Positions 1-10,735 are shown, counted from the stretch's first letter. The stretch is DNA of 53,673 nucleotides from Candidatus Sungiibacteriota bacterium (GCA_016196115.1 JACPYI010000027.1:1-53673), one strand, 5' to 3'. Notes: generated by a model not told the origin, from the sequence alone. A program made the numbers and translations.

Positions 1-108
1 AAAACAACGCAGTATGATCGTCTGTACGAGGCGAAAAAATATCAGGTCGATGTTCGGCTCGTCTCACACGACAAAAAAATTCTGTTGCCGATACCATCTA
101 TCAATTAA
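1..108 (+). CDS. possible 3' end of a gene running off the left edge
   Basis: Frame 1 is open for 35 codons from the window edge and stops at TAA 106-108. No recognisable motif. Confidence 0.2.
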   Translation, partial: KTTQYDRLYEAKKYQVDVRLVSHDKKILLPIPSIN

Positions 109-343
109 CAATCTACTGTCTTGACAATAGGGGGAAGGATAGTTAGTCCGCTTCAGGAATCTTTACGCTTTAGCGTGAAGTGGTTCAAAAGAAGGGTTTG
201 ATGGGATCCATAGGATCGCATAAAAGTGCAGCCGATAGGATCCCTCCTCTCCCGTCGCTCGCACGCGCTTCTGCGCGGCGTGCTCCTCCTTTGAAGCCGG
301 GGTTTCCGAAAACCTCAAGCAAGTGAGAATTTTCGGAATGCCC

Positions 344-357
344 TTCGAATCCCATCG
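344..357. repeat. 14-nt inverted copy of the tRNA-Asp T-arm/acceptor 3' segment
   Basis: ttcgaatcccatcg (344-357) is the exact reverse complement of cgatgggattcgaa (416-429) inside the tRNA-Asp gene. Confidence 0.6.
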
Positions 358-410
358 ATAACGTTTTATAAAAAACTGACACCCACAAAGGCGCCAGTTT
401 TTTATAAAAC

Positions 411-483
411 GCGGCCGATGGGATTCGAACCCACGATCTCTTCCGTGACAGGGAAGCGCTTTGACCGGCTAAGCTACGGCCGC
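411..483 (-). tRNA. tRNA-Asp (anticodon GTC)
   Basis: Minus-strand cloverleaf: acceptor GCGGCCG/CGGCCGC, D-arm GCTT..AAGC, anticodon arm CTTCC-CTGTCAC-GGAAG, T-arm GTGGG-TTCGAAT-CCCAT. Confidence 0.9.
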
Positions 484-492
484 ATACATTTA

Positions 493-1242
493 TTATTTTT
501 TGTTGGAACGGATTTCGGAGCCGATTTTTTGTCCTAAAATCAATCGCTTCAGATTTCCTTTGCGGAATACGTTGAAGACGATGATGGGGGTGTCACTTTC
601 GATCGAAAGGGTGGCGGCGGTCAGGTCCATGACGCGGAGATTTTGGTCGAGCATGTCTCGCGGGTCAAGGGCGCGAAGCAATTTTGCGTTTTTGTTGGTG
701 CGCGGGTCGTCGGAGTATACGCCGTCCACATTTGTCGCTTTGAGCAGGACTTCGGCTTTGGTTTCGGATGTGCGCAGCGCCGCCGCGGTATCGGTGGTGA
801 AGTATGGATTCCCGGTGCCGCCCGCAAGGATCACGACGCGTCTTTTGTCCAGATGATCGCACGCCCGCAATCTCGTGTACGGCTCCGCGACCTGGATTGC
901 CATGATGGCGCTCATGACGCGTATGGGGATATGCAAGCGTTCGAGCGCGCTTCGGAGTGCCAATCCATTAATCATGGTAGCGAGCATGCCCATGGTGTCG
1001 GCGGTTGGCCGGTCAATGCCTGCGACTGCCAGCTTCCCGCCGCGGATGAAATTGCCTCCCCCGATCACGATCGCGATCTCGCAGCCGAGATCGAATGCGT
1101 CTTTGATCTCGCCCGCGATATACTCGACCGCGTGCACGTCAATGCCGAACTTGCCCTCGCCCCCGAGCGTCTCGCCCGAAAGTTTGAGCAGGATCCGCTT
1201 CCAGCGCAGCTTCTTTTTATTTTTTATTTGCGGTTTCGACAT
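493..1242 (-). CDS. pyrH: UMP kinase
   Basis: 249 aa with KRILLKLSGE and GGGNFIRG motifs typical of PyrH, and typical length. Confidence 0.95.
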   Translation of the reverse strand: MSKPQIKNKKKLRWKRILLKLSGETLGGEGKFGIDVHAVEYIAGEIKDAFDLGCEIAIVIGGGNFIRGGKLAVAGIDRPTADTMGMLATMINGLALRSALERLHIPIRVMSAIMAIQVAEPYTRLRACDHLDKRRVVILAGGTGNPYFTTDTAAALRTSETKAEVLLKATNVDGVYSDDPRTNKNAKLLRALDPRDMLDQNLRVMDLTAATLSIESDTPIIVFNVFRKGNLKRLILGQKIGSEIRSNKK

Positions 1243-1256
1243 ATGTGTATGCGCGG

Positions 1257-1327
1257 TGCCGATGGGAGGAATTGAACCTCCTTCCGAGCTTTATGAGGGC
1301 TCTGCTTTACCATTAAGCTACACCGGC
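1257..1327 (-). tRNA. tRNA with CAT anticodon, elongator-type (Met or Ile2)
   Basis: Minus strand: acceptor GCCGGTG/CATCGGC fully paired, D-stem GCTT/AAGC (C11:G24), anticodon loop CTCATAA, T-arm GGAGG-TTCAATT-CCTCC, discriminator A. CCA is not encoded. Confidence 0.85.
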
Positions 1328-1442
1328 AGAAAACCCTCCAGATCATACCGCCTTTTTGGCTCTTAGGCAAGAGAAACTTTGATTCTAAACAAACTTTGAA
1401 CGATCGTCAGTGAATTGTTTAGAATGGAAAAGAATCCCATGG

Positions 1443-1471
1443 TTGCAGGATGTTTGTAAAAGATATACAAT
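1443..1471 (+). promoter_or_regulatory. sigma70-like promoter candidate for the ABC operon
   Basis: TTGCAG (1443-1448), 17-nt spacer, TACAAT (1466-1471). Only 7 nt separate the -10 box from ATG 1479 and there is no SD, so a leaderless transcript is possible. Confidence 0.4.
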
Positions 1472-1478
1472 TTTGACC

Positions 1479-2207
1479 ATGATCGAGATTCGCAATGTCC
1501 GGAAAAGTTATGAAGGCAATCCCGTAGTGGACGATCTTTCGCTGACGGTAAAGACCGGCAGCGTGTTCGGATTTCTGGGCCCCAACGGGGCAGGCAAGAC
1601 CACGACCATAAAAATGCTCGTGGGACTGGTGCGGGCCGACGGCGGCACGATCAAGATCGACGGGCACGAACCGCATGACACGCCGAGCCGTGAGCAGATC
1701 GGCTTTATGCCCGAAGATCCTTATTTTTATGATCGGCTCACCGGCATGGAATTCTTGATGTTTTGCGGACAGCTTTTCAAAAAAAGTTATCGCAAAACCG
1801 AAAATGAATACGGAGAGATTTTGAAGTTGGTCGGCATTTACGATGCGGCTAACCACGCAATTGCCACCTATTCCAAAGGCATGAAGCAGCGGCTCGGGTT
1901 TGCACAGGCGATCGTGAACGATCCGGCGCATGTGTTTCTCGATGAGCCGCTCGACGGGCTTGACCCGATCGGCAGGCGCGAGATCAAGGGCATTATCAAA
2001 AAACTGCATGGTGACGGCAAGACGATCTTTTTCAATTCGCACGTGCTCGGGGACGTGGAGGAAATCTGCCATGAGATCGGGATCATCCATCGGGGAAAGC
2101 TCGTCTATGCCGGAGACGTAAAACAATTCTGCAACGGGCGTACGCTTGAAGAGCAATTTGTTACGGCAATTGAGCAAGAGCGGAACAGCAGCATGCTTAC
2201 GCTTTGA
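1479..2207 (+). CDS. ABC transporter ATP-binding protein
   Basis: Walker A GPNGAGKTT, signature YSKGMKQRL, Walker B VFLDEP. Start moved to the internal ATG (MIEIRNV...) of ORF 1410..2207. Confidence 0.9.
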   Translation: MIEIRNVRKSYEGNPVVDDLSLTVKTGSVFGFLGPNGAGKTTTIKMLVGLVRADGGTIKIDGHEPHDTPSREQIGFMPEDPYFYDRLTGMEFLMFCGQLFKKSYRKTENEYGEILKLVGIYDAANHAIATYSKGMKQRLGFAQAIVNDPAHVFLDEPLDGLDPIGRREIKGIIKKLHGDGKTIFFNSHVLGDVEEICHEIGIIHRGKLVYAGDVKQFCNGRTLEEQFVTAIEQERNSSMLTL

Positions 2208-2262
2208 CGCGAGTACGCTAAGCCGCTTAAAGCACGCTGCTGTTCCGCTCTGATACCAACGT

Positions 2263-3024
2263 ATGAAAAATATTTTCGTGATCGCAAAAAATACGTTTCG
2301 CGCCGCGATCCGCGACCGGATTCTGCACGGTATTCTGGTATTCGCGCTGCTCTTTATCCTGTTCACGGTCTTTCTCGGATCCATCTCGCTCGGAGAGGAT
2401 CTTGTGGTAATCCGCTCGATCGGGCTCGCGGGCATGTATCTGTTCGGCATGATCATCACCATCTTTTTGGCGTCCTCGCTGATCTCGCTCGAGATCGAGC
2501 GGCGCACGCTGTACCTGATTCTGTCAAAACCGGTCTCGACGCTCGAACTCGTGCTGGGAAAATTTTTCGGTTTGTTTGCGGCAATCGCGCTCATCACGCT
2601 CTGCATGGCCGCGGTGTATCTTGGCGTGGTCGCATACGCGGGCGGCGGCTTTGACGCGCCTTCGCTTGGGGCGATCGTGCTGCAGATTTTTGAGGCAGGG
2701 CTTTTTGTTGCCATGGTCATGCTCTTTTCATCCCTTGCCACTCCGTTTGCCGCCGCGATTTACGGCATTCTCGTGCTCTACATCGGGCATTCGCTCTCGG
2801 TCCTCCTGCAGTACGTGCAGCATCGTTCGATTGCACTCAAGGCAGTTGCGAAAGCCCTCTATTATATTGTCCCCAATCTTGAGAAGTTCAACATCCGGAA
2901 TGCTATCGTGCATCATATGCCGGTGGATGTGGGCATGATCCTGCTTGCCGGACTTTATGCACTACTCTATGCGGCTGTGTTGCTCTATCTTGCCAAGCAG
3001 CTGCTTGCGAAAAAAGATTTGTGA
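2263..3024 (+). CDS. ABC-2 type transporter permease
   Basis: 253 aa, multiple hydrophobic helices, immediately downstream of the ABC ATPase. Confidence 0.75.
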   Translation: MKNIFVIAKNTFRAAIRDRILHGILVFALLFILFTVFLGSISLGEDLVVIRSIGLAGMYLFGMIITIFLASSLISLEIERRTLYLILSKPVSTLELVLGKFFGLFAAIALITLCMAAVYLGVVAYAGGGFDAPSLGAIVLQIFEAGLFVAMVMLFSSLATPFAAAIYGILVLYIGHSLSVLLQYVQHRSIALKAVAKALYYIVPNLEKFNIRNAIVHHMPVDVGMILLAGLYALLYAAVLLYLAKQLLAKKDL

Positions 3025-3042
3025 ATTTATTATGATTTTTTT

Positions 3043-3070
3043 GTCATCCTGAACAAAGTGAAGGATCTCC
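3043..3070 (+). repeat. short hairpin repeat, family GTCATYCTGA-N-GAAGRATCTC (copy A)
   Basis: gtcatcctga-acaaagt-gaaggatctcc. It shares both 10-nt flanks with copies at 10224-10259 and 10271-10310. ATCCT pairs with AGGAT. Confidence 0.6.
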
Positions 3071-3072
3071 TC

Positions 3073-3882
3073 ATGCCGCGTACTGTACTACATGTTATTA
3101 TCGGCATTGTGGTATGCGCTGGAATCGTCGCCACGCAGTATTCATTTGACGTGTTAAAAAACCAACAGCCCAAACCGCCGTTGCTGCTGATCCCGGCGCC
3201 GGTCATACGGTCTGCAGACATGGGGCTTCACTCCGCCACGGCGGCGTTTTTATGGGTGGGCGTGATCCAGCGATTTGCCACGCTCGCAGCCGACCGGCTC
3301 AACGGTCTTGCCGCGCATATCAAGACCATCAATGACGTTGATCCTAAATTCAGCTACCCCTATGCGTTTGCCGAGCTTGTGCTTCCGGCAGGCGACCGTG
3401 TGGATGAGGCGACTGAGATCGGCAAGCGAGGCATTGCGGTCGCCGATCCGGACTGGCAGATACCCTACTACCTGGGGGTGGATTACCACATTTATCTCAA
3501 AGACCGCAAAAATGCGGCGATTTACATGAATGTTGCGGCACGCACGCCCGGCGCCCCGGCAAACGTAAAATACGTTGCCGCAACGTACGGTAACCGCCAA
3601 GATCTGCGGCAGCAGACCCGCGCCATCTGGGTCTCGATCTACGAAAATTCAAGAGACGGGATCGTGCAGCAGCAGGCCGAAGCACAGATCAAGCATATTG
3701 ACACGCTTGATTTTCTCGAAAAAGCAGCCGCGCTCTTCAAAGAACGCATTGGCCGCTATCCCAAAACGCTTGGCGAACTGGTCGCGCAAAAAATCCTCAA
3801 AGCAATCCCGCCCGATCCTTTCGGTCTTCCCTACGACACCAAAGGAGACGGCAAAGTATTTTCAAAATTCGAGGCGCAGTGA
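3073..3882 (+). CDS. membrane-anchored hypothetical protein with a GspG-like C-terminal motif
   Basis: N-terminal TM helix. C-terminus GRYPKTLGELV...IPPDPFGLPYDTKGDGKVF resembles the conserved C-terminal block of T2SS G pseudopilins. ATG 3073 preferred over GTG 3058. Confidence 0.6.
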   Translation: MPRTVLHVIIGIVVCAGIVATQYSFDVLKNQQPKPPLLLIPAPVIRSADMGLHSATAAFLWVGVIQRFATLAADRLNGLAAHIKTINDVDPKFSYPYAFAELVLPAGDRVDEATEIGKRGIAVADPDWQIPYYLGVDYHIYLKDRKNAAIYMNVAARTPGAPANVKYVAATYGNRQDLRQQTRAIWVSIYENSRDGIVQQQAEAQIKHIDTLDFLEKAAALFKERIGRYPKTLGELVAQKILKAIPPDPFGLPYDTKGDGKVFSKFEAQ

Positions 3883-3916
3883 TTGACACCTGATGATCTA
3901 TAAAAAGAACCACAAC

Positions 3917-4615
3917 TTACGTCGTGGTTGTGGTATCTTGAGCGAGTTTATGATGTACATTTTGAAGCAGCCGGAGTCCGATCCGCAGAAACGGAAATCC
4001 GATTATCGGGAGCTTCATAAAAAGAATTCGCGCTACCATATGCCGCAATAAAGCGGTACGAAACCACCGTGCCCGCGTCTGTTGGGCCACCATTGGATGG
4101 TCCGGCTGGTATTCTGATTCGGCCATGATTGCGGAGATGAGTATGGTCGCACGAGGAAACAACGCGCGGTACATCAACCATGCGGTTCGCGAATGCGTTT
4201 TTCCGGTTATCACGACGATTATCCCGTCAAAATCACCCTTGCGTTTAAAAACCGCTTGATAAATTTTCCATGCTTCATCAAAGGTGTGATGAATATTTTC
4301 CACCCAGATGGTTTGTTCATCAATGGTTGGCATTCCATACTTGTGCAAAATATCTAGTTTGTATGCATGCTCCCATAAGGGATATGTATAGGCACATGTA
4401 GTGATGACAAGTGATGCATCCGCAAAGTAGTTGTTTGAGATGCCTGCTCCGCGTATCGTGATTTCGCGTGATGCGGTGGTCAAGCACTCTTCTTTGCTGC
4501 CGTACGAAAGCAGGATGAAAAGATCAACACCTGCCAGTTCATAAATTCGATCAGTATGATCAATTGTCCAGTGATAAAGCCACCAGCGAGCAAGTACATC
4601 CACGAACTTTTGCAT
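3917..4615 (-). CDS. DUF218/YdcF-like protein (tentative)
   Basis: 232 aa. IIVVITGKTHSRTAWLMY resembles the VTSxxHxxRA block of DUF218 proteins. Assignment is from memory only. Confidence 0.5.
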   Translation of the reverse strand: MQKFVDVLARWWLYHWTIDHTDRIYELAGVDLFILLSYGSKEECLTTASREITIRGAGISNNYFADASLVITTCAYTYPLWEHAYKLDILHKYGMPTIDEQTIWVENIHHTFDEAWKIYQAVFKRKGDFDGIIVVITGKTHSRTAWLMYRALFPRATILISAIMAESEYQPDHPMVAQQTRARWFRTALLRHMVARILFMKLPIIGFPFLRIGLRLLQNVHHKLAQDTTTTT

Positions 4616-4708
4616 CGCGCAATCTCCTCTCGTTGTGAAAAATCAATACCAAGAACCTATACTTTTCCGTGCAAGGCGTCAAGATCCATGTTTAGCAAGA
4701 GGATAGGG

Positions 4709-5230
4709 TTACAAATCGCTCCGGCACGAATTGGTAAGGCGCACGTGGAATTCTTCGCTCGGTGCGTTGAAATTATGGAACGACTCGTACCCCATGTCGA
4801 ACCGCGGATCGATGATGATGGATTTTCCCGGCCCGATCGGATCATATTGCCCGCCGTAGTTTCCTTTCAGCGCTTTCTCGTGCGGGCTTAAGCGGACCAT
4901 AAGCGGCGTGTTACTCTGATTCACGATCCTAATGACGCATCCCGTGCCCTTGGCATTTTGCTCCAGTGTCGTCGTGAGCGGAGTAAACCGATGGTCGCGG
5001 TAGTTGATCGTAGAAAGTGCGGGATTGTTTTGCGGAACGGCCTGCGTCTGGGTATTTTGGATATTGACTGAGGGTTTTTCCGGCGCAGTTCCCGCATCAG
5101 CCGGAAGTTGCGGTTTTTGTTTTCCCTGTCTTACGATGGTCATAAAGTGAAGCGCAAGGAACACGAGAATGCCGAGGCATGCGAGAAAGACCAATATGCG
5201 CATTATTTTTTGATTGAATGTTCTGCTCAT
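4709..5230 (-). CDS. hypothetical membrane-anchored exported protein
   Basis: 173 aa, N-terminal TM helix, then a Gln/Pro-rich linker and a globular domain. No recognised motif. Confidence 0.55.
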   Translation of the reverse strand: MSRTFNQKIMRILVFLACLGILVFLALHFMTIVRQGKQKPQLPADAGTAPEKPSVNIQNTQTQAVPQNNPALSTINYRDHRFTPLTTTLEQNAKGTGCVIRIVNQSNTPLMVRLSPHEKALKGNYGGQYDPIGPGKSIIIDPRFDMGYESFHNFNAPSEEFHVRLTNSCRSDL

Positions 5231-5303
5231 GTGATTTGACTGATTATTACAAGCATGAGATGATACTCATTAGAACATTTTAACACAGCAGAGGAAAAAT
5301 GTC

Positions 5304-5545
5304 ATGAGACATCCAATCTTTGATTTTGGCTGAAAACCGTTGAAGCAGAAAATTTGTACCCCCTTTTTCCAATGATGAATGATTTGCTTGCGGCTCTCGG
5401 TCGTGATCGAGTAGTAAGCATTTTGACATCGCGCGGCCGGGAAAGTATGGAAATGTATCTCAAGCATCATGATATTGAAAAACACATTCGCTTCCGGTCG
5501 CTTTTCTATATCAAAAACCGTCCCGACGTATCGGACGGTTTTTGA
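5304..5545 (+). pseudogene. HAD-superfamily hydrolase remnant (internal deletion/frameshift, 3' truncated)
   Basis: ATG 5304 encodes MRHPIFDFG then a stop, which is HAD motif I (IFDFDGT) cut short. The next frame continues ...LYPLFPMMNDLLAALGRDRVVSILTSRGRE...NRPD, the HAD core up to the K/RPxP block, then stops. Confidence 0.55.
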
Positions 5546-5556
5546 TGCAGTATGCA

Positions 5557-5627
5557 TCGCGGGGGCCCGAATTGCACGGGCGTCTCAAGGTTATGAGCCT
5601 CGCGAGGTACTTCTCCTCTACCCCGCC
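5557..5627 (-). tRNA. non-canonical tRNA with CAT anticodon (initiator-like features)
   Basis: Minus strand: GGCGGGG-TA-GAGG-AGAAGTA-CCTC-G-CGAGG-CTCATAA-CCTTG-AGAC-GCCCG-TGCAATT-CGGGC-CCCCGCG-A. It has a G1xG72 mismatch, an A11:T24 pair, a D-loop without GG, and a T-loop TGCAATT (G at position 55). Confidence 0.6.
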
Positions 5628-5693
5628 GATGCGCGCCCATGGTCTGTATCTATGAGTGCGCTTCGGCGAAGAAGAAAAATCACCTCTTTGTAG

Positions 5694-5722
5694 AGTATAG
5701 TCGAAAGCGAAGATAAATTCAA
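5694..5722 (-). promoter_or_regulatory. sigma70-like promoter candidate upstream of the tRNA(CAT)
   Basis: Minus strand: TTGAAT (5722-5717), 17 nt, TATACT (5699-5694), about 65 nt upstream of the tRNA 5' end. Confidence 0.4.
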
Positions 5723-5731
5723 GACGTAGCC

Positions 5732-5775
5732 ATATTCAACACTTCATCCACGATCGTGAGTATAGTGTTGAATAT
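5732..5775. repeat. 12-bp perfect inverted repeat
   Basis: atattcaacact (5732-5743) and agtgttgaatat (5764-5775), with a 20-nt spacer. It lies just downstream of the stop of ORF 5793..6467. Confidence 0.5.
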
Positions 5776-5792
5776 AAAATAATGGAGTTGTT

Positions 5793-6467
5793 TTAGCCAA
5801 ACTGAATATTGTCCGGGGCGTCTCCGGGAAGGGGGGTATCCGGGGAAAGTTCGGTCATGAAGCCGAGGTCACGGAAGGCCTGACGGTAGCTTGCGATAGC
5901 GCTGATGATTATCTCGCGGGTGTGCTGGTCAGTTGGGTCGTGGGCGATGGCATTGCGCAGGCGGTGGCTGGACCATACGCGGTCAAGCGAGGGAAGTTGG
6001 ACCGGGTCGACTACTTTCAGCCGGTCGGCCATGGTGAGACCATCGTGCCCTGCGTTCTTGAGTGCATCGTCAAGAAGCGCATCTGCGCGCAAAACGGCCA
6101 TATTCCAATCCGATGGATTCTGACTTTGGATGAGCAGTTCAATCTGTTTCCATGCTACTCGTATTTCCACGGCAGGATCGGCGGGTGCCGCCTCGGTGGT
6201 TTTTGCCGGCTGTGCGCTTATGAGTTCTCCGTACCGGCGTAGCGTAAATGCGATAAATCCGATGAGTGCTACGTCGAGCAGGATGAACAGGATCATAAGC
6301 AGCAAGGGAAACGCTCCCAAATGCCATGATTGGAGCCATGCCAAAAAGGCATTGTACCAGTCAGGCACGGTGCGCAAAAGCGAAGTAAGAATGGCAAGAC
6401 CAATAAGAAGCGCCATCACGGCGGTGATGATGTCTACGGCATGATGTTCAAGAGGCGTATCGTTCAT
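5793..6467 (-). CDS. hypothetical membrane protein
   Basis: 224 aa, two to three N-terminal TM helices, C-terminal soluble domain ending ...HRLRNAIAHDP.... Overlaps the gatA stop by 4 nt. Confidence 0.6.
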   Translation of the reverse strand: MNDTPLEHHAVDIITAVMALLIGLAILTSLLRTVPDWYNAFLAWLQSWHLGAFPLLLMILFILLDVALIGFIAFTLRRYGELISAQPAKTTEAAPADPAVEIRVAWKQIELLIQSQNPSDWNMAVLRADALLDDALKNAGHDGLTMADRLKVVDPVQLPSLDRVWSSHRLRNAIAHDPTDQHTREIIISAIASYRQAFRDLGFMTELSPDTPLPGDAPDNIQFG

Positions 6468-7901
6468 GGTAACGTTTCAATAATTTTTCCGATCGCGAAC
6501 AGCTGTTTTTCATGGAAACGTGGAGCGATGATCTGGAGGCCTACCGGCAGTTTGATGCCGTCGCGCATAACAAATCCGGCCGGAATGGACATACCCGGGA
6601 GGCCCGCGAGATTAATCGCGACCGTATAGATATCGGCAAGATACATCTTAAGCGGATCATTGGTTTTTTCTCCGCACAGAAATGCGGGTGTCGGCGTGGT
6701 GGGCCCGATCAGGATGTCGACTTTTGCGAAGGCATCGGAAAAATCATCGCTGATGAGCCGGCGCACCTGCTGCGCTTTGGTGTAGTAGGCGTCGTAATAG
6801 CCGGCGGAAAGCGCGTACGTGCCAAGCATAATGCGCCGCTTGATCTCGGGACCGAATCCGGCCGCGCGCGATTGCGCGTAGACGTCGAACAACGTCATGC
6901 TCTTTGATTCATGATAGCCGTAGCGAATGCCGTCAAGGCGCGCAAGATTGGCGGATACTTCGGACGGCACAATGATGTAATATCCGGGAAGCGCATATGA
7001 AGAGTGCGGCAAGCTTATTTCGTGCAGTTGGGCGCCTGCCCACTCGCACGCGGCAAGCAGTTTGGTAATCGTATCCTTCACATCGGGATCAAGACCGTCT
7101 GAAAAATATTCTTTTGGCACCCCGATGCGGATTTTTTCAGGCATGGGTTCATCGGAAAAACTGTCTTCCGGAGCAACGGTCGCATCGAAACCGTCTTGTC
7201 CCCGGATCGCGTCAAAAAGAATCTCGGCATCGGCGACCGTCTTGGTAAGAGGCCCGATTTGGTCAAGGGAAGACGCCATGGCGATCAACCCGTGGCGGCT
7301 GACCGCGCCGTAGGTCGGTTTCATCCCGACGATGCCGCAAAATGACGCGGGCTGTCTGATGGACCCACCCGTGTCCGATCCGAGACCGGCAATGCACATG
7401 TCGGCCGCAACCGCAGCCCCGGATCCGCCCGACGATCCTCCGGGAACACGTCTCAGATCATGCGGATTTTTCGTGGGGCCGAAATACGAACTTTCCGTTG
7501 ACGACCCCATTGCCGAATCATCCATATTGGTCTTGCCGAGCAGGACCGCGTGCTGGTTTTTCAATTTTCTGATCACGGTCGCGTCGTACGACGCGATATA
7601 GTTCTCAAGCATGCGCGAGGCAGCGGTGCAATATTCACCCTCGATCAGGATATTATCTTTTATCACGAGCGGAATGCCGGTCAAAGGCGGTGCGGTATCA
7701 GGATCGTTTTTGAAGAGCTTGTCCGCTTCTTTTGCGGCATCAGTCGCGCGATCCGAAATCTTCAGGAAAGCATGAATGTCCTTGTCGCGCTCGCGGATTG
7801 CGGCCAGACATGCACGAGTAAGCTCCTCGCTGGAGAATTCTCTGGAGCGAAGTCCTTTGGCTGCTTCCGTAATGGTGAGCTGGTTGAGTTGCATAAAAAA
7901 G

Positions 7902-7909
<8 letters not shown>
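6464..7909 (-). CDS. gatA: Asp/Glu-tRNA amidotransferase subunit A
   Basis: 481 aa with the amidase signature GGSSGGSGAAVAA. Follows gatC. Confidence 0.95.
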
Positions 7910-10219
<2,310 letters not shown>

Positions 10220-10223
10220 TCAC

Positions 10224-10259
10224 GTCATTCTGATCCGCCAGTTGGCGGAGAAGAATCTC
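10224..10259 (+). repeat. short hairpin repeat, family GTCATYCTGA-N-GAAGRATCTC (copy B)
   Basis: gtcattctga-tccgccagttggcgga-gaagaatctc. The inner part is a 7-bp palindrome and the outer pair is ATTCT/AGAAT. Confidence 0.6.
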
Positions 10260-10270
10260 ACTTATGGCGC

Positions 10271-10310
10271 GAGAGATCCTTCATCCCGACATGTCGGGAT
10301 TCAGGATGAC
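10271..10310 (-). repeat. short hairpin repeat, same family (copy C, inverted)
   Basis: The reverse complement reads gtcatcctga-atcccgacatgtcgggat-gaaggatctctc. It lies 11 nt from copy B in inverted orientation. Confidence 0.6.
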
Positions 10311-10321
10311 TTCACTGATAT

Positions 10322-10735
10322 TCAGTACGTAGTCAGAAACGCGCGCGCAACCGTGCGTTCAGTTACGGTCGCGCAGGGCGTACTTAATGCTCTGGCGGTT
10401 ATCGTCGTGTTCGACAAAGGACCGGTCTGTTTGACAATGGTGATCGTGGCAATGCATCCTCCGGATGCGAGGGTGAGCGGCGCGACCTCGGTCGTACAGG
10501 ATAGAGCCGCGCACGGAAAATCATTTTCCTGGCGATCCCGATAAAAAGTCCGCTCAATGCTTTGGTCTGCCGCGTACATCGCGATGTTTGAATTCTCAAA
10601 CGTCTCGGAGGAGCTGACTTGTCCGATGATCACGCCCAAAATCCCGACGCTGATCGAGAAAATTGCCGTGAGTATGACGACGACCAATAACAGAATCACG
10701 CCGTCCGTATCATAATATTTTATTTTTTTATTCAT
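10322..10735 (-). CDS. PilX-like / pilus-associated membrane-anchored protein (tentative)
   Basis: 137 aa, N-terminal hydrophobic helix without a G-F-T-x-x-E prepilin motif. It is the last gene of the minor pilin run and overlaps the upstream gene by 4 nt. Confidence 0.45.
   Translation of the reverse strand: MNKKIKYYDTDGVILLLVVVILTAIFSISVGILGVIIGQVSSSETFENSNIAMYAADQSIERTFYRDRQENDFPCAALSCTTEVAPLTLASGGCIATITIVKQTGPLSNTTITARALSTPCATVTERTVARAFLTTY

Noticed and set aside
330-360. A second, plus-strand tRNA gene suggested by TTCGAATCCCATCG
   Set aside because: The 5' half of the T-stem does not pair (TGCCC versus CCCAT), and no D or anticodon arms can be built. It is only a fragment.
185-388. 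67-aa ORF downstream of tRNA-Asp
   Set aside because: It overlaps a hairpin-dense region, has junk-like composition (ARRAEARASDGRGG) and no start context. The region is treated as non-coding.
1419-2741. 440-aa minus-strand ORF spanning the ABC ATPase and permease genes
   Set aside because: It is antisense to two genes with clear motifs. Its composition is Arg/Ser/Pro/Ala-rich junk, typical of shadow ORFs in GC-rich DNA.
5270-5557. 95-aa minus-strand ORF, plus 5469..5693 on the plus strand
   Set aside because: They overlap the HAD remnant and the tRNA(CAT) gene respectively, and have no motifs. The HAD-like reading on the plus strand explains the region better.
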